Virus record (IMG/VR): IMGVR_UViG_3300036399_001951
Location: 1 to 64,000 of that record
DNA: 64,000 bases
Origin: a virus
Direction: 5' to 3' (one strand)
In this document: positions 18,197 through 26,635 of the stretch, in pieces
How positions within the stretch are numbered: position 1 is the first letter of the stretch
Layout of the letters: each line of letters starts with the position of its first letter
Made by a program: the position numbers and the translations under genes
The notes under the pieces: generated by a model
Database searches by the model: none
Told to the model about the DNA's origin: nothing
What the model saw: only the letters and a program-made list of their open reading frames with translations

Positions 18197-18320
18197 CAGT
18201 CAGGACAGGATTCGAACCTGCATGATAACTTATGAGCAGTCTTATCGGGTCTTTCGAGGTTACTCACGTTATCCTTACTATTAACCTTTATTCATGCGTC
18301 TACCATTCCGCCACCTGACT
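18197..18320 (-). ncRNA. tRNA-like RNA (124 nt): intact acceptor, D and T arms but no canonical anticodon arm
   Basis: AGTCAGG/CCTGACT acceptor, TGGCGGAATGGTAGACGC D arm, GCAGG-TTCGAAT-CCTGT T arm. The ~74-nt central region carries a long hairpin. Confidence 0.75.
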
Positions 18321-18324
18321 ATAA

Positions 18325-18420
18325 AAACACGCTCCTAAGCATTCTACTCCCAGCTCCGAGGAATTGTATCTAACTTAGCCCGTTACTCACCGCTGTACAG
18401 GTACTTAGGTTTACGTGTTT
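18325..18420 (-). ncRNA. Putative 96-nt structured ncRNA (unassigned)
   Basis: Nested helices AAACACG/CGTGTTT, CCTAAGTA/TGCTTAGG, CAGC/GCTG, TAAC/GTTA. Promoter-like motif at 18424-18452. Confidence 0.55.
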
Positions 18421-18462
18421 ATTATTTTACTTTAAAATACTAATTTTGTTTTAATAATTAAA

Positions 18463-18663
18463 CTATTTTTCAATAAATTTAGATTTTAAATCAATTAAAT
18501 TGACATAATTATTAATTCTACCTTGCAGTACCACTTTAATATATTCTTCCAAAGCATTCATATTATCTCTGGTTAATTTTGAATCTAATGCTTTAGTTTC
18601 ATATAGAAGATCTACTATGTTTTTTGCGTCCTCTTTAACTAGATTATTCAGTTCATCTGTCAT
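18463..18663 (-). CDS. Hypothetical protein
   Basis: 66-aa co-oriented ORF. Confidence 0.65.
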   Translation of the reverse strand: MTDELNNLVKEDAKNIVDLLYETKALDSKLTRDNMNALEEYIKVVLQGRINNYVNLIDLKSKFIEK

Positions 18664-18674
18664 GACTTTGATAT

Positions 18675-19346
18675 TTAAAAATTGGTTTGATTATTTTTTC
18701 TATATTTTTCATGGAACTCCATGATTTTATCCCGGGCCTCTTCGGCAGTATCTACTACTCTAAACAGATTAAAGTCATCTGAGGACATCTTGCGTGACTC
18801 GCAGACTGTATCTCGCAACCAATCCATTAAACCTGACCAATATTCGGTTCCAATTAAGATAATTGGAAATTTTGGAGTATGTCCAGTTTGAGCTAGAGTT
18901 AGGGTTTCAAATAATTCATCTAGGGTTCCAAGTCCACCTGGAAAAACTATGAATGCTTGAGAATATTTTAAGAACATTACCTTTCGAGTAAAAAAATATC
19001 GGCACGTTATTCCAGTGGTTACATATGAATTCATTTCTGCTTCAAATGGTAATTCTATTCCAACGCCAACTGAATTTGCCCCGGCTTCTTTTGCTCCATC
19101 ATTGACTGCCTCCATTATTCCAGGTCCGCCGCCGGTAATTACTGAAAAACCTTCAAGCGCAATGATCTTGCCAAACTTCTTTGCTTCATCATACCAATAA
19201 GTGTTCATCGGCGTTCTAGCAGATCCAAATACGCATACACTTGGTCCTAATTCAGCAAGGGTATCAAATCCTCTTACAAATTCAGATTGAATCCTCATTG
19301 CCTGCCATGCGTCTACTGCCTTGTTTTTATCCTTCCATTCTTGCAT
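18675..19346 (-). CDS. LOG family nucleotide phosphoribohydrolase (TIGR00730-like)
   Basis: VFGSAR, TGGGPGIMEA, FFTRKVMF and PGGLGTLDE. Confidence 0.92.
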   Translation of the reverse strand: MQEWKDKNKAVDAWQAMRIQSEFVRGFDTLAELGPSVCVFGSARTPMNTYWYDEAKKFGKIIALEGFSVITGGGPGIMEAVNDGAKEAGANSVGVGIELPFEAEMNSYVTTGITCRYFFTRKVMFLKYSQAFIVFPGGLGTLDELFETLTLAQTGHTPKFPIILIGTEYWSGLMDWLRDTVCESRKMSSDDFNLFRVVDTAEEARDKIMEFHEKYRKNNQTNF

Positions 19347-19746
19347 CTTTTATTCTATTTTTTAGTTCAGTACTTGAAAAATTATGGTCCCTTTTATTAT
19401 AAAAAATTTTAATTCCTCGATTAATACAAATTTCTTTTGCAGTGAAGTCCCGGTTCAGATAATCGCTCCCTATAATTCTAATGTCTAATTTAAATGAAGA
19501 AAATATTTCTTCAAGCTCAGACTCAGTTTGATATGGCACAACCTCATCTACGTATTTACAAGCGTCTAATTGAATATATCTTTCGACTAGAGATTGTATA
19601 GGTTTATTTTTATTAGGTCGATCTATAGTTGGATCAGTTTGAAGAGCAACTATTAAGTAATCACAGACTTCTTTTGCTTCTTGCAACATCTTCACGTGAC
19701 CTGCGTGAAATAAATCAAAGCAGGAGCAGGTTATACCTATAATCAT
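19327..19746 (-). CDS. Cytidylyltransferase (TagD/glycerol-3-phosphate CT-like)
   Basis: FDLFHAGH (HxGH), YVDEV and R...SSTELK. Confidence 0.9.
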   Translation of the reverse strand: MIIGITCSCFDLFHAGHVKMLQEAKEVCDYLIVALQTDPTIDRPNKNKPIQSLVERYIQLDACKYVDEVVPYQTESELEEIFSSFKLDIRIIGSDYLNRDFTAKEICINRGIKIFYNKRDHNFSSTELKNRIKDARMEG

Positions 19747-19889
19747 GCTAATTCTCTACTATATAAATTAACTAATAATATTCTAGCAAATTTAAAGTCC
19801 CTTGCTAGATTTAATTTAAGACCGTATGCGTGAGCAATTGCTTTTAAATGAGGATAGGCCTCAGATAGTGTCATTTTTCCTACTTCCAT
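19743..19889 (-). CDS. Small hypothetical protein (48 aa; not in the ORF track)
   Basis: MEVGKMTLSEAYPHLKAIAHAYGLKL...RELA*; fills the gap exactly with an ATGA overlap. Confidence 0.6.
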   Translation of the reverse strand: MEVGKMTLSEAYPHLKAIAHAYGLKLNLARDFKFARILLVNLYSRELA

Positions 19890-19892
19890 CTT

Positions 19893-20831
19893 TTAATTTA
19901 TTGAATTATTATCTAAGACATATTTAAGAAGAGCAAAATCCTTGGCCTTTGCTTCTATTTCAATATCAAACATATGACCGATCTCAGGAATAGTCTCATA
20001 TATGTAATCAGCATGTGAACGTGGAGAATTAGTGCTTGTATCCTCATTTACTTTACGACTACTACTGTAGTGAGCAAGTGGCCGAATACCATCGGGCCAA
20101 GTACTAGCAGCTAATTTAGCAGCATCATTAGTACTTAAATCATTAGTACAAAAAGTATGATGAAAGAAATCAAAGGTAATGGGAATGCCAATTACTTTAT
20201 GTAGACCTTCATATAAATCAAGGACACCAAACTGAGATGCTTTATCGTCATTCTCAATTACAAGTCGAGACTGCACCCAATCAGGCAAGCGTAGATAATT
20301 TTGACAAAAGCGTTTTAAGGTTATTGTCTTAGCTTCTTCGTCAGTTTGATCCTTTGTTTTAAATGAACCACCAACATGTATATTAAGACTGAATTTTTTA
20401 GTTCTAGGTAAACCCATCATATCCAATATTTTAGCATGTTGAGATAGATCTTTGATAGAATTTAGAACTACATGTTCCTTTAGAGAAGGTAACACATTAA
20501 ATTGACCTGGATGAAAGCCAACTCGCATACCATGAGTGAGTATAAAATCTCCAGTTTTAATAAGTTCAGCTTTAATAGGTTCAATATTAGGTAAGTCTTC
20601 GAATTCATATTCACTCATCCAAGGAAAGAGATCACTCGACATTCTAAATATCATAATGTCCTGATCAAGATTCCATTTAAGAATTCTCTGTAGATCTAGG
20701 ATATTAAGCATAGCAAGTTCACCCGCTAGAGAAAGACCTTTTTCTTGAAATGTTCTCTTAATCATACCACGATTAGTTGACACACCGTCGGGTTTAAGAG
20801 TAAGATTTATGCAACAATATCCTAGATTCAT
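19893..20831 (-). CDS. uvsE: UV DNA damage endonuclease
   Basis: LGYCCIN, FRMSS, HPGQF, NIHVGG, ENDD, FD..HH, H.DY and EAKAK. Confidence 0.95.
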   Translation of the reverse strand: MNLGYCCINLTLKPDGVSTNRGMIKRTFQEKGLSLAGELAMLNILDLQRILKWNLDQDIMIFRMSSDLFPWMSEYEFEDLPNIEPIKAELIKTGDFILTHGMRVGFHPGQFNVLPSLKEHVVLNSIKDLSQHAKILDMMGLPRTKKFSLNIHVGGSFKTKDQTDEEAKTITLKRFCQNYLRLPDWVQSRLVIENDDKASQFGVLDLYEGLHKVIGIPITFDFFHHTFCTNDLSTNDAAKLAASTWPDGIRPLAHYSSSRKVNEDTSTNSPRSHADYIYETIPEIGHMFDIEIEAKAKDFALLKYVLDNNSIN

Positions 20832-20841
20832 AAGGTATTAA

Positions 20842-21132
20842 TTAAAATTCATAATGATTGGGTAAAAATATAATATCAGTATCTTTATAATAATCTACTA
20901 AACATTTGACATATTTTTCTTCCATCCCACATTCTAGAATTTTATTAACTACTCTTAATTCTTCTTCATCTAATTTAGGATTGGATTCCGCTTCAGCATG
21001 TGCCCATTCAAATTCAAGCTCATTCTTTCCTTCTCCGGCTGAATAAGCAATATCTATTACGATATCCACGCCATCAATATCATCTGTGATTTGATAAATA
21101 GTACCGTCCTTTGACGCTGGTCCTAGTTTCAT
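20842..21132 (-). CDS. Hypothetical acidic protein
   Basis: 96-aa co-oriented ORF. Confidence 0.65.
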   Translation of the reverse strand: MKLGPASKDGTIYQITDDIDGVDIVIDIAYSAGEGKNELEFEWAHAEAESNPKLDEEELRVVNKILECGMEEKYVKCLVDYYKDTDIIFLPNHYEF

Positions 21133-21222
21133 ATTTTAAAATTTAATGTTAGATATAATATACCACTGAACTAAAAATTATTATATTCTTTTGGGAAGAA
21201 ATTTTTTCGTGTGCCCGCGCGA

Positions 21223-21293
21223 GATATCTAAAGTAGATCTAAGGTAAATATAAAGTAATATAAAGATATCTATAGTAACCCACCCACCATCCC
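21223..21293. repeat. Imperfect tandem ATMTAAAGTA repeats plus a C-rich tract; candidate replication origin
   Basis: GATATCTAAAGTA GATCTAAGGTA AATATAAAGTA ATATAAA GATATCTATAGTA, then CCCACCCACCATCCC, at a strand switch. Confidence 0.45.
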
Positions 21294-21349
21294 TATTCTA
21301 CTCGCCTGCAAGAAATAGTTTTAAAAAAAGAATAAATAATTTTTTGAGT

Positions 21350-21378
21350 GAAACTTTTTCTACTAATCTTTATATAAT
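21350..21378 (+). promoter_or_regulatory. Putative early/middle promoter for the resolvase-sigma operon
   Basis: GAAAC-N18-TATAAT. Confidence 0.5.
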
Positions 21379-21403
21379 AGGATATTAAAATTATCTAAAA
21401 TGA

Positions 21404-22072
21404 ATGACAATAATAAGTTTGGATTTTTCCATACTCTATCCGGGAATATGTATATGTAAAGATTTTAAAGAATGGCAATGGATAGGAGTCGTAAACGATA
21501 ACATAACTAAAAAGGATTCTAAAAATCTAGAGGATCTTTGCCTAAAATATCCTAATATACAAATACTTAGAACTGAGACCCGTAGAGTAAAGAATATTCA
21601 GTATCATGTAACTGAAAGAAATAAATTAGTAAACTATCTAGAGGCGGCTAATCTATTAATTAATAAAATAAAAGAGATCGTTTCAGAAGAAAAGGATCTT
21701 ATTGTTTCAATAGAAGGTATTTCTTTTGGATCTAAGGGAAATGCTCTAGTCGACATTAGTCAAGCAACTGGAATCATTAAGAATAAAATAGTCGAAGAGA
21801 TCTTAGAAGGATCTTGTGATAGATTTTTTGTTTTTAGCCCAGGGGAATTAAAGAATGCAATCGACTGCAAAGGAAATGCTAAGAAGTTAGAAATCTATAA
21901 TAAATTCATTTCAGATCCTATTATTGATTCAGTAAAAGAGAGTGATCTTCATAAGGCCCTATTGTCTGAAGATTGGATCTTAAATAAAGAAAATATAAAG
22001 TCTCCAATAATGGATATGATCGATTCCTACTTAGGGGTTGTAAAAATATATCAAATCTTAAATCAAAAATAA
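21404..22072 (+). CDS. RuvC-like Holliday junction resolvase
   Basis: IISLDFS..PG (beta1 Asp), SIEGISFGS, P.ELK, KGNAKK and DMIDSY. Confidence 0.75.
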   Translation: MTIISLDFSILYPGICICKDFKEWQWIGVVNDNITKKDSKNLEDLCLKYPNIQILRTETRRVKNIQYHVTERNKLVNYLEAANLLINKIKEIVSEEKDLIVSIEGISFGSKGNALVDISQATGIIKNKIVEEILEGSCDRFFVFSPGELKNAIDCKGNAKKLEIYNKFISDPIIDSVKESDLHKALLSEDWILNKENIKSPIMDMIDSYLGVVKIYQILNQK

Positions 22073-22082
22073 TCAAGTATGA

Positions 22083-22493
22083 ATGGAAATCAAAAAGACT
22101 AGAAAAAGAAAAGGTGATAAACACTACGTTAACAACAAAGATTTTACAAATGAAATCATTAAATGTAAGGAGACAGGGGAACTAAGCGAGTTTGCGATCA
22201 ACTGTTTTATTGCTTTAGCTAATAGAGCAGTCAATAGAATGTACTATGAAGATTATAGAGATCGAGAAGATTGTATTCAATCAGCTCTTTTAGATTGTTT
22301 ACGTTATTGGAAAGGATTTGATCCTAAAAAAAGCGATATTCCTAATGCATTTGCATATTTTACAACAGTATGTAAAAATGGATACGCCAAAGAATGGAAA
22401 AAGATCCATAAGAAAACCGGGCTAGAAGATGGTGAGTCACTAGATTTTATTTCTCTTAGCACCACCGGAGAAGGTTCTATATACAGCATTTAG
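22083..22493 (+). CDS. Late transcription sigma factor (T4 gp55-like)
   Basis: HYVNNKDF, YREDCIQ-like segment, CLRY..FDP.KS and NAFAYFT motifs. Confidence 0.85.
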   Translation: MEIKKTRKRKGDKHYVNNKDFTNEIIKCKETGELSEFAINCFIALANRAVNRMYYEDYRDREDCIQSALLDCLRYWKGFDPKKSDIPNAFAYFTTVCKNGYAKEWKKIHKKTGLEDGESLDFISLSTTGEGSIYSI

Positions 22494-22495
22494 GG

Positions 22496-22503
22496 ATAAA
22501 TAA
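22496..22503 (+). promoter_or_regulatory. Putative late promoter (ATAAATAA)
   Basis: Heads the structural block. Also found at 25617, 42087, 45086 and 47920. Confidence 0.55.
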
Positions 22504-22524
22504 TATAAATTTATATTCAATTAG

Positions 22525-25500
22525 ATGATAATTCAAAATCTAAATTTCTTTGATAAGTTCGGAAAGAATTTAAACTTAGACTGGAATTCCGAAAAGGAAT
22601 ACTGGGAAGGTATCATATATTTTCCAGAGCTATCTACTTTATTATATGATAATGAGAACATTTTTATATTAGAAAAGGACTCTAATGACTATAAATTCCC
22701 AATACTCTATCCCGGGGAATATATAAAGTTTGATTGGGAAGACAATAAGAATGAGGACGAATTGTTCTTATATGAAGTAGAAAAGGATTTGGAGCTTAAG
22801 AATCTTTTTTTAAATAGAAAGGATTCCATAATCGTTTCATACGATGATATTCAACCAAGTTCAACTGGAGCACCTATTGATATTAGATTTCCGCTTCAAG
22901 TAAACATTGCATTTAATCCTTTAGAAGAAAAGAAATATGAAAGATCTCTTTTTATCTACATAATTGATGAAACTAGCCCAAATCAAAAGACAGTTGCAGC
23001 TAAAATAAAGTTTTACGGTGAAGGACTGGATGAAGATGTAAGATTTAACACTTGGCTACAAAACTTTGGGATAAAATTTAACAAAGAAGATGCTAATATC
23101 CTAAAAGATTATGATATTAAAGAGGCATATCCAGACTGGGCACAGTTAAATTTGGCTAGAAAGTCACTTTTAGTGAATCGAGATCAAATTTTTCCCTATA
23201 TTGGGACATATAAAGGCCTAAGTAACTTTGTTAACGTTTTAGGTTATAAAGATATACTTCAAGTTAAGGAATATTGGAAAAATATCAATCCGACTTCACC
23301 TTATTTCAATAAACACTCATTAGTTGACATCACAGATTACCTAGATGATGGAAAAATTGATAATATGAACATCTTGGATCGAAATTACAATCTAAAGTTC
23401 AATGATCAGTTTAGAAAGACTGAATTTTTAGCACTAGTTTATCAATTTAACAAAATTACTGATAATTTCGATGACGATGGGATCCCAGAGGTAGAAGAAA
23501 CGTCCACTTTCACAGTTGATGAGGTTTTTTACAAGCTAAATCGACTAAAACAGAAATTAAAGAATGAAATTCTACCAATAAACGTTAAAATAAAGGATAT
23601 AATTGGAGAATTTCTTTATTTTCAAAAATTAACCATCAAGTTTTGGCCAGATAACACTAGAATTTCAGATTTTGATCTAAACGAGAAGGCCGATATACAA
23701 TATTATCCAGACGCTAGTCATAATTTTATAATAAGATCACTAAGTCCCCTATTTAGAAAGAAAAAACCAAATGGTCCTGATTTTGGATCTGTAATATTGA
23801 ATGATGGTCACCCTGATCCATATGAATCGGGTCAAAAGTACCCAATTAGTAAAATACCTGCGATAGTAGATTACATAAAATCCTTTTATAATGAGATTAG
23901 GGATCAAAGATATCCAGATATAGGCAAAAAATTAAGCTGGGAAACAGGAGACGATCCTGAAAAAATAATTGGCGCACCTGCAGTATTTAATGTTTTCACA
24001 GATAGGTTTGATTTTCAAAACTTTAAAGGAGTAACCTTTGAAGATTTAGACTCTTTAGACATATCTTTAGATCCATATTTTACTTTGGGAAATCTGGACT
24101 TTAAAAATTTCTACGAGATCACATGGAGAATAACGAAAGATGCTCCAAAACCCTATAATTTTGAATATAGAGGACCTATTAAAGATCTATATCAACTTCC
24201 TCATTTCTTACCGTATGCAGGGAAATATAGAGTTACTGCCGAGCTGCACGATTTCTATGGAAACACCAGTGTTTTTAGCAAAATTGTAACAGTTGAGACT
24301 ATTCAAAAGCCATATATCGTCGGAATCACTAGGTTAGAAGATAAATTTAATTATCAAATATCCAATCTTGCCAATGTTCAATTAATAGATTTTGGATCTA
24401 GTCCTAATTATTTTCCAAAGGTAAATGTTTTAGACAATGAGGACGCAGTAACTAGAATAGACGCATATAAAAACATATTAGAATGGGGATCCTACTATTA
24501 TAATAGATATGGAACAGGTCAAAATCTATATGACGTCGAATTTTACGACTCGGATTCACAATCTTATATCAAATATAATAGCCCATTTCAAGATAATCTT
24601 AGAAAAAACTATTGGGGATTAGGAACAGATAAATTACCAGTTAAATTAGAAGATTTCGATGATATTACTCTAGATTCCCTATTTTTTATGAGATTTAGAG
24701 ATCTTATCTATACAGACGACTTTAACGCAGGATTCTATTTACAAAATCCTAAACAAGGTCAGACTATAAAAATATCTCTTTTTTCTTCTTATAAAATACC
24801 TCAGTTTTCGAGCTTAAAAGAATTAGCTCAAATACTTAATGATAGTGAGCATCCGGGAATTAAGCTGTTTAATTATGAAGTAATTAAAGGTAGAAAATCA
24901 GACAAACAATTTATTATACATGCTCAAGCTGAATATCTAAGTAAGGAAATGTATCACATGTTATTCCCAGGAGCGGGAGCAAGTCCAAGTCCAACTTCAA
25001 GTCCAGGATCAAGTGGCTCCGCTGGATCTGATGAATATACGTTTTTTCATCCAAGGAATGTATATTCAAAACGATTAGTCGATCATTTTAAATCTATTTC
25101 TCCAGTATTTGATGAGGAGACCCTTTTCTTATTCTCTAAGACGAGTGACTTATTAACAGGTGCCGCACAGGATCCTAGTTTTTGGGTAGATAAGAAATAT
25201 TGGATTTTTAATAATGATATTCAAAGAGGATACCTTCCTACTCTAATAGATCAAAATTCATTTAATATTAATGACATTAAACTATTTGAAGGTACGATTA
25301 ATGTTCCTGAAAACGCTACTGTGTTTTTAGCAGTTAATAACTTAGATGGTAAATCTGAATTTATATGGACTCTATACAACAGTGCAACTGGAGAAGAAAT
25401 AATAAGAACTAGGTCGGTTCCATTTTTTGCATGGAAATTTAAAGACTTGGGAACATATACAATAAAAGTAGATGTAATCGACAACAAAGGAGGATTTTAT

Positions 25501-25611
25501 AGCAACCAAATAGATAAAATGATAAACGTTTTAGATAAAAATCAGTATATAAACATTGTAGAAAATAAACTGAACCGAAGAAAGAATATTTTACTAAAGA
25601 AAAGTAATTAA
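22525..25611 (+). CDS. Putative baseplate wedge/structural protein with PKD/Ig-like domains
   Basis: IGTYKGL...LGY...VKEYW wedge-like motif; GKYRVTAELHDFYGN and GTYTIKVDVIDNKG PKD-like strands; late promoter. Confidence 0.55.
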   Translation: MIIQNLNFFDKFGKNLNLDWNSEKEYWEGIIYFPELSTLLYDNENIFILEKDSNDYKFPILYPGEYIKFDWEDNKNEDELFLYEVEKDLELKNLFLNRKDSIIVSYDDIQPSSTGAPIDIRFPLQVNIAFNPLEEKKYERSLFIYIIDETSPNQKTVAAKIKFYGEGLDEDVRFNTWLQNFGIKFNKEDANILKDYDIKEAYPDWAQLNLARKSLLVNRDQIFPYIGTYKGLSNFVNVLGYKDILQVKEYWKNINPTSPYFNKHSLVDITDYLDDGKIDNMNILDRNYNLKFNDQFRKTEFLALVYQFNKITDNFDDDGIPEVEETSTFTVDEVFYKLNRLKQKLKNEILPINVKIKDIIGEFLYFQKLTIKFWPDNTRISDFDLNEKADIQYYPDASHNFIIRSLSPLFRKKKPNGPDFGSVILNDGHPDPYESGQKYPISKIPAIVDYIKSFYNEIRDQRYPDIGKKLSWETGDDPEKIIGAPAVFNVFTDRFDFQNFKGVTFEDLDSLDISLDPYFTLGNLDFKNFYEITWRITKDAPKPYNFEYRGPIKDLYQLPHFLPYAGKYRVTAELHDFYGNTSVFSKIVTVETIQKPYIVGITRLEDKFNYQISNLANVQLIDFGSSPNYFPKVNVLDNEDAVTRIDAYKNILEWGSYYYNRYGTGQNLYDVEFYDSDSQSYIKYNSPFQDNLRKNYWGLGTDKLPVKLEDFDDITLDSLFFMRFRDLIYTDDFNAGFYLQNPKQGQTIKISLFSSYKIPQFSSLKELAQILNDSEHPGIKLFNYEVIKGRKSDKQFIIHAQAEYLSKEMYHMLFPGAGASPSPTSSPGSSGSAGSDEYTFFHPRNVYSKRLVDHFKSISPVFDEETLFLFSKTSDLLTGAAQDPSFWVDKKYWIFNNDIQRGYLPTLIDQNSFNINDIKLFEGTINVPENATVFLAVNNLDGKSEFIWTLYNSATGEEIIRTRSVPFFAWKFKDLGTYTIKVDVIDNKGGFYSNQIDKMINVLDKNQYINIVENKLNRRKNILLKKSN

Positions 25612-25645
25612 TTTTGATAAATAAAATAAAATAATTCATAATAAA

Positions 25646-26620
25646 ATGGCATTTTCACCGATTGATTTAGCAATTCAAGAAATACTACAAAGTGATTTCA
25701 TCGTAGATATTGCTCAGATACACAATTCAAATGTATTAATTCTTAAAGATAAGATCGAAGACTTAATTAATACCTTTGAAATGGATATTAATACTGTCTC
25801 AATAGGAGTAGATAATCCTATCAATAATATTAAAACACAAAACATAGTTCTTCAAGACGGTGGGTTGATATTTCAAACAGGAATTCCAAATCAAGTTATA
25901 GCGAGTCTCACTAAAAATACTAGTGATCTTTCGGTACTTAAAGTTGATTATTTAAACATTGATTTTGAAATAAACTCAGACGTAATAGAATCAAATTCAT
26001 TAGTAGTTAATGATTCTCTTACTTCAGATGGTGAATCTACATTTAACGGAAAAATAGTATATGGTTCATCACTAGTAGAATCTAAAGAGACTGTAACTGC
26101 AGATCTTGAATACGATGGAATTAATACGGCAGTAGCTCGCATTTCTCTAACTGATACTTCTAAAAGAAATATTTATGTTACGTTATCAGCCGAAACTAAT
26201 CTTGGAGCAACTCAAGTTTGGAATGGATCATCATTTACTGCAGGTTTAACTAATATTAAATTGTATTTGGATTTGGATGCAAATAGCCCAATGACTCCAA
26301 ATACCAGCTTCACTGTTTATCTAGTAGATGTAACTGAAAATTCAGGAGGATCTAGCATTGCACTTCAGGTAAATACGGCAAACCTTTCAATTACTATGAA
26401 AGCTGGAGAAAATCTATCAGCTGGAGCTGTTCAGATCTTATTACATAGTGATTTAGACGCAGCTGGTCTTAAATTAGGAATAAATCCAGCAAGTACTAAT
26501 TTATTAAGTTCTTCCATTACCACATATTCAGCAAATGCAACATTCAACTATATAGTTGATGCGTCGACAACAGATAGATTTATTGTTACTTCTATCTCTG
26601 GAATGGAAATATTCGTTTAA
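25646..26620 (+). CDS. Putative virion structural protein
   Basis: Beta-rich, S/T/N-rich, within the late operon. Confidence 0.55.
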   Translation: MAFSPIDLAIQEILQSDFIVDIAQIHNSNVLILKDKIEDLINTFEMDINTVSIGVDNPINNIKTQNIVLQDGGLIFQTGIPNQVIASLTKNTSDLSVLKVDYLNIDFEINSDVIESNSLVVNDSLTSDGESTFNGKIVYGSSLVESKETVTADLEYDGINTAVARISLTDTSKRNIYVTLSAETNLGATQVWNGSSFTAGLTNIKLYLDLDANSPMTPNTSFTVYLVDVTENSGGSSIALQVNTANLSITMKAGENLSAGAVQILLHSDLDAAGLKLGINPASTNLLSSSITTYSANATFNYIVDASTTDRFIVTSISGMEIFV

Positions 26621-26635
26621 AAAATTTAATCATTA

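Noticed and set aside
18181-18267. N-terminal extension of ORF 18046..18267 (with an apparent CxxC)
   Set aside because: It reads through the tRNA-like RNA; the plausible start is the ATG at 18180.
5236-20831. Bacterial chromosome or prophage flank (groEL, S1, nrdAB, uvsE, LOG)
   Set aside because: These genes are interleaved with T4-like gp32, RNase H and sheath genes, share phage promoter motifs, and there is no integrase or bacterial synteny.
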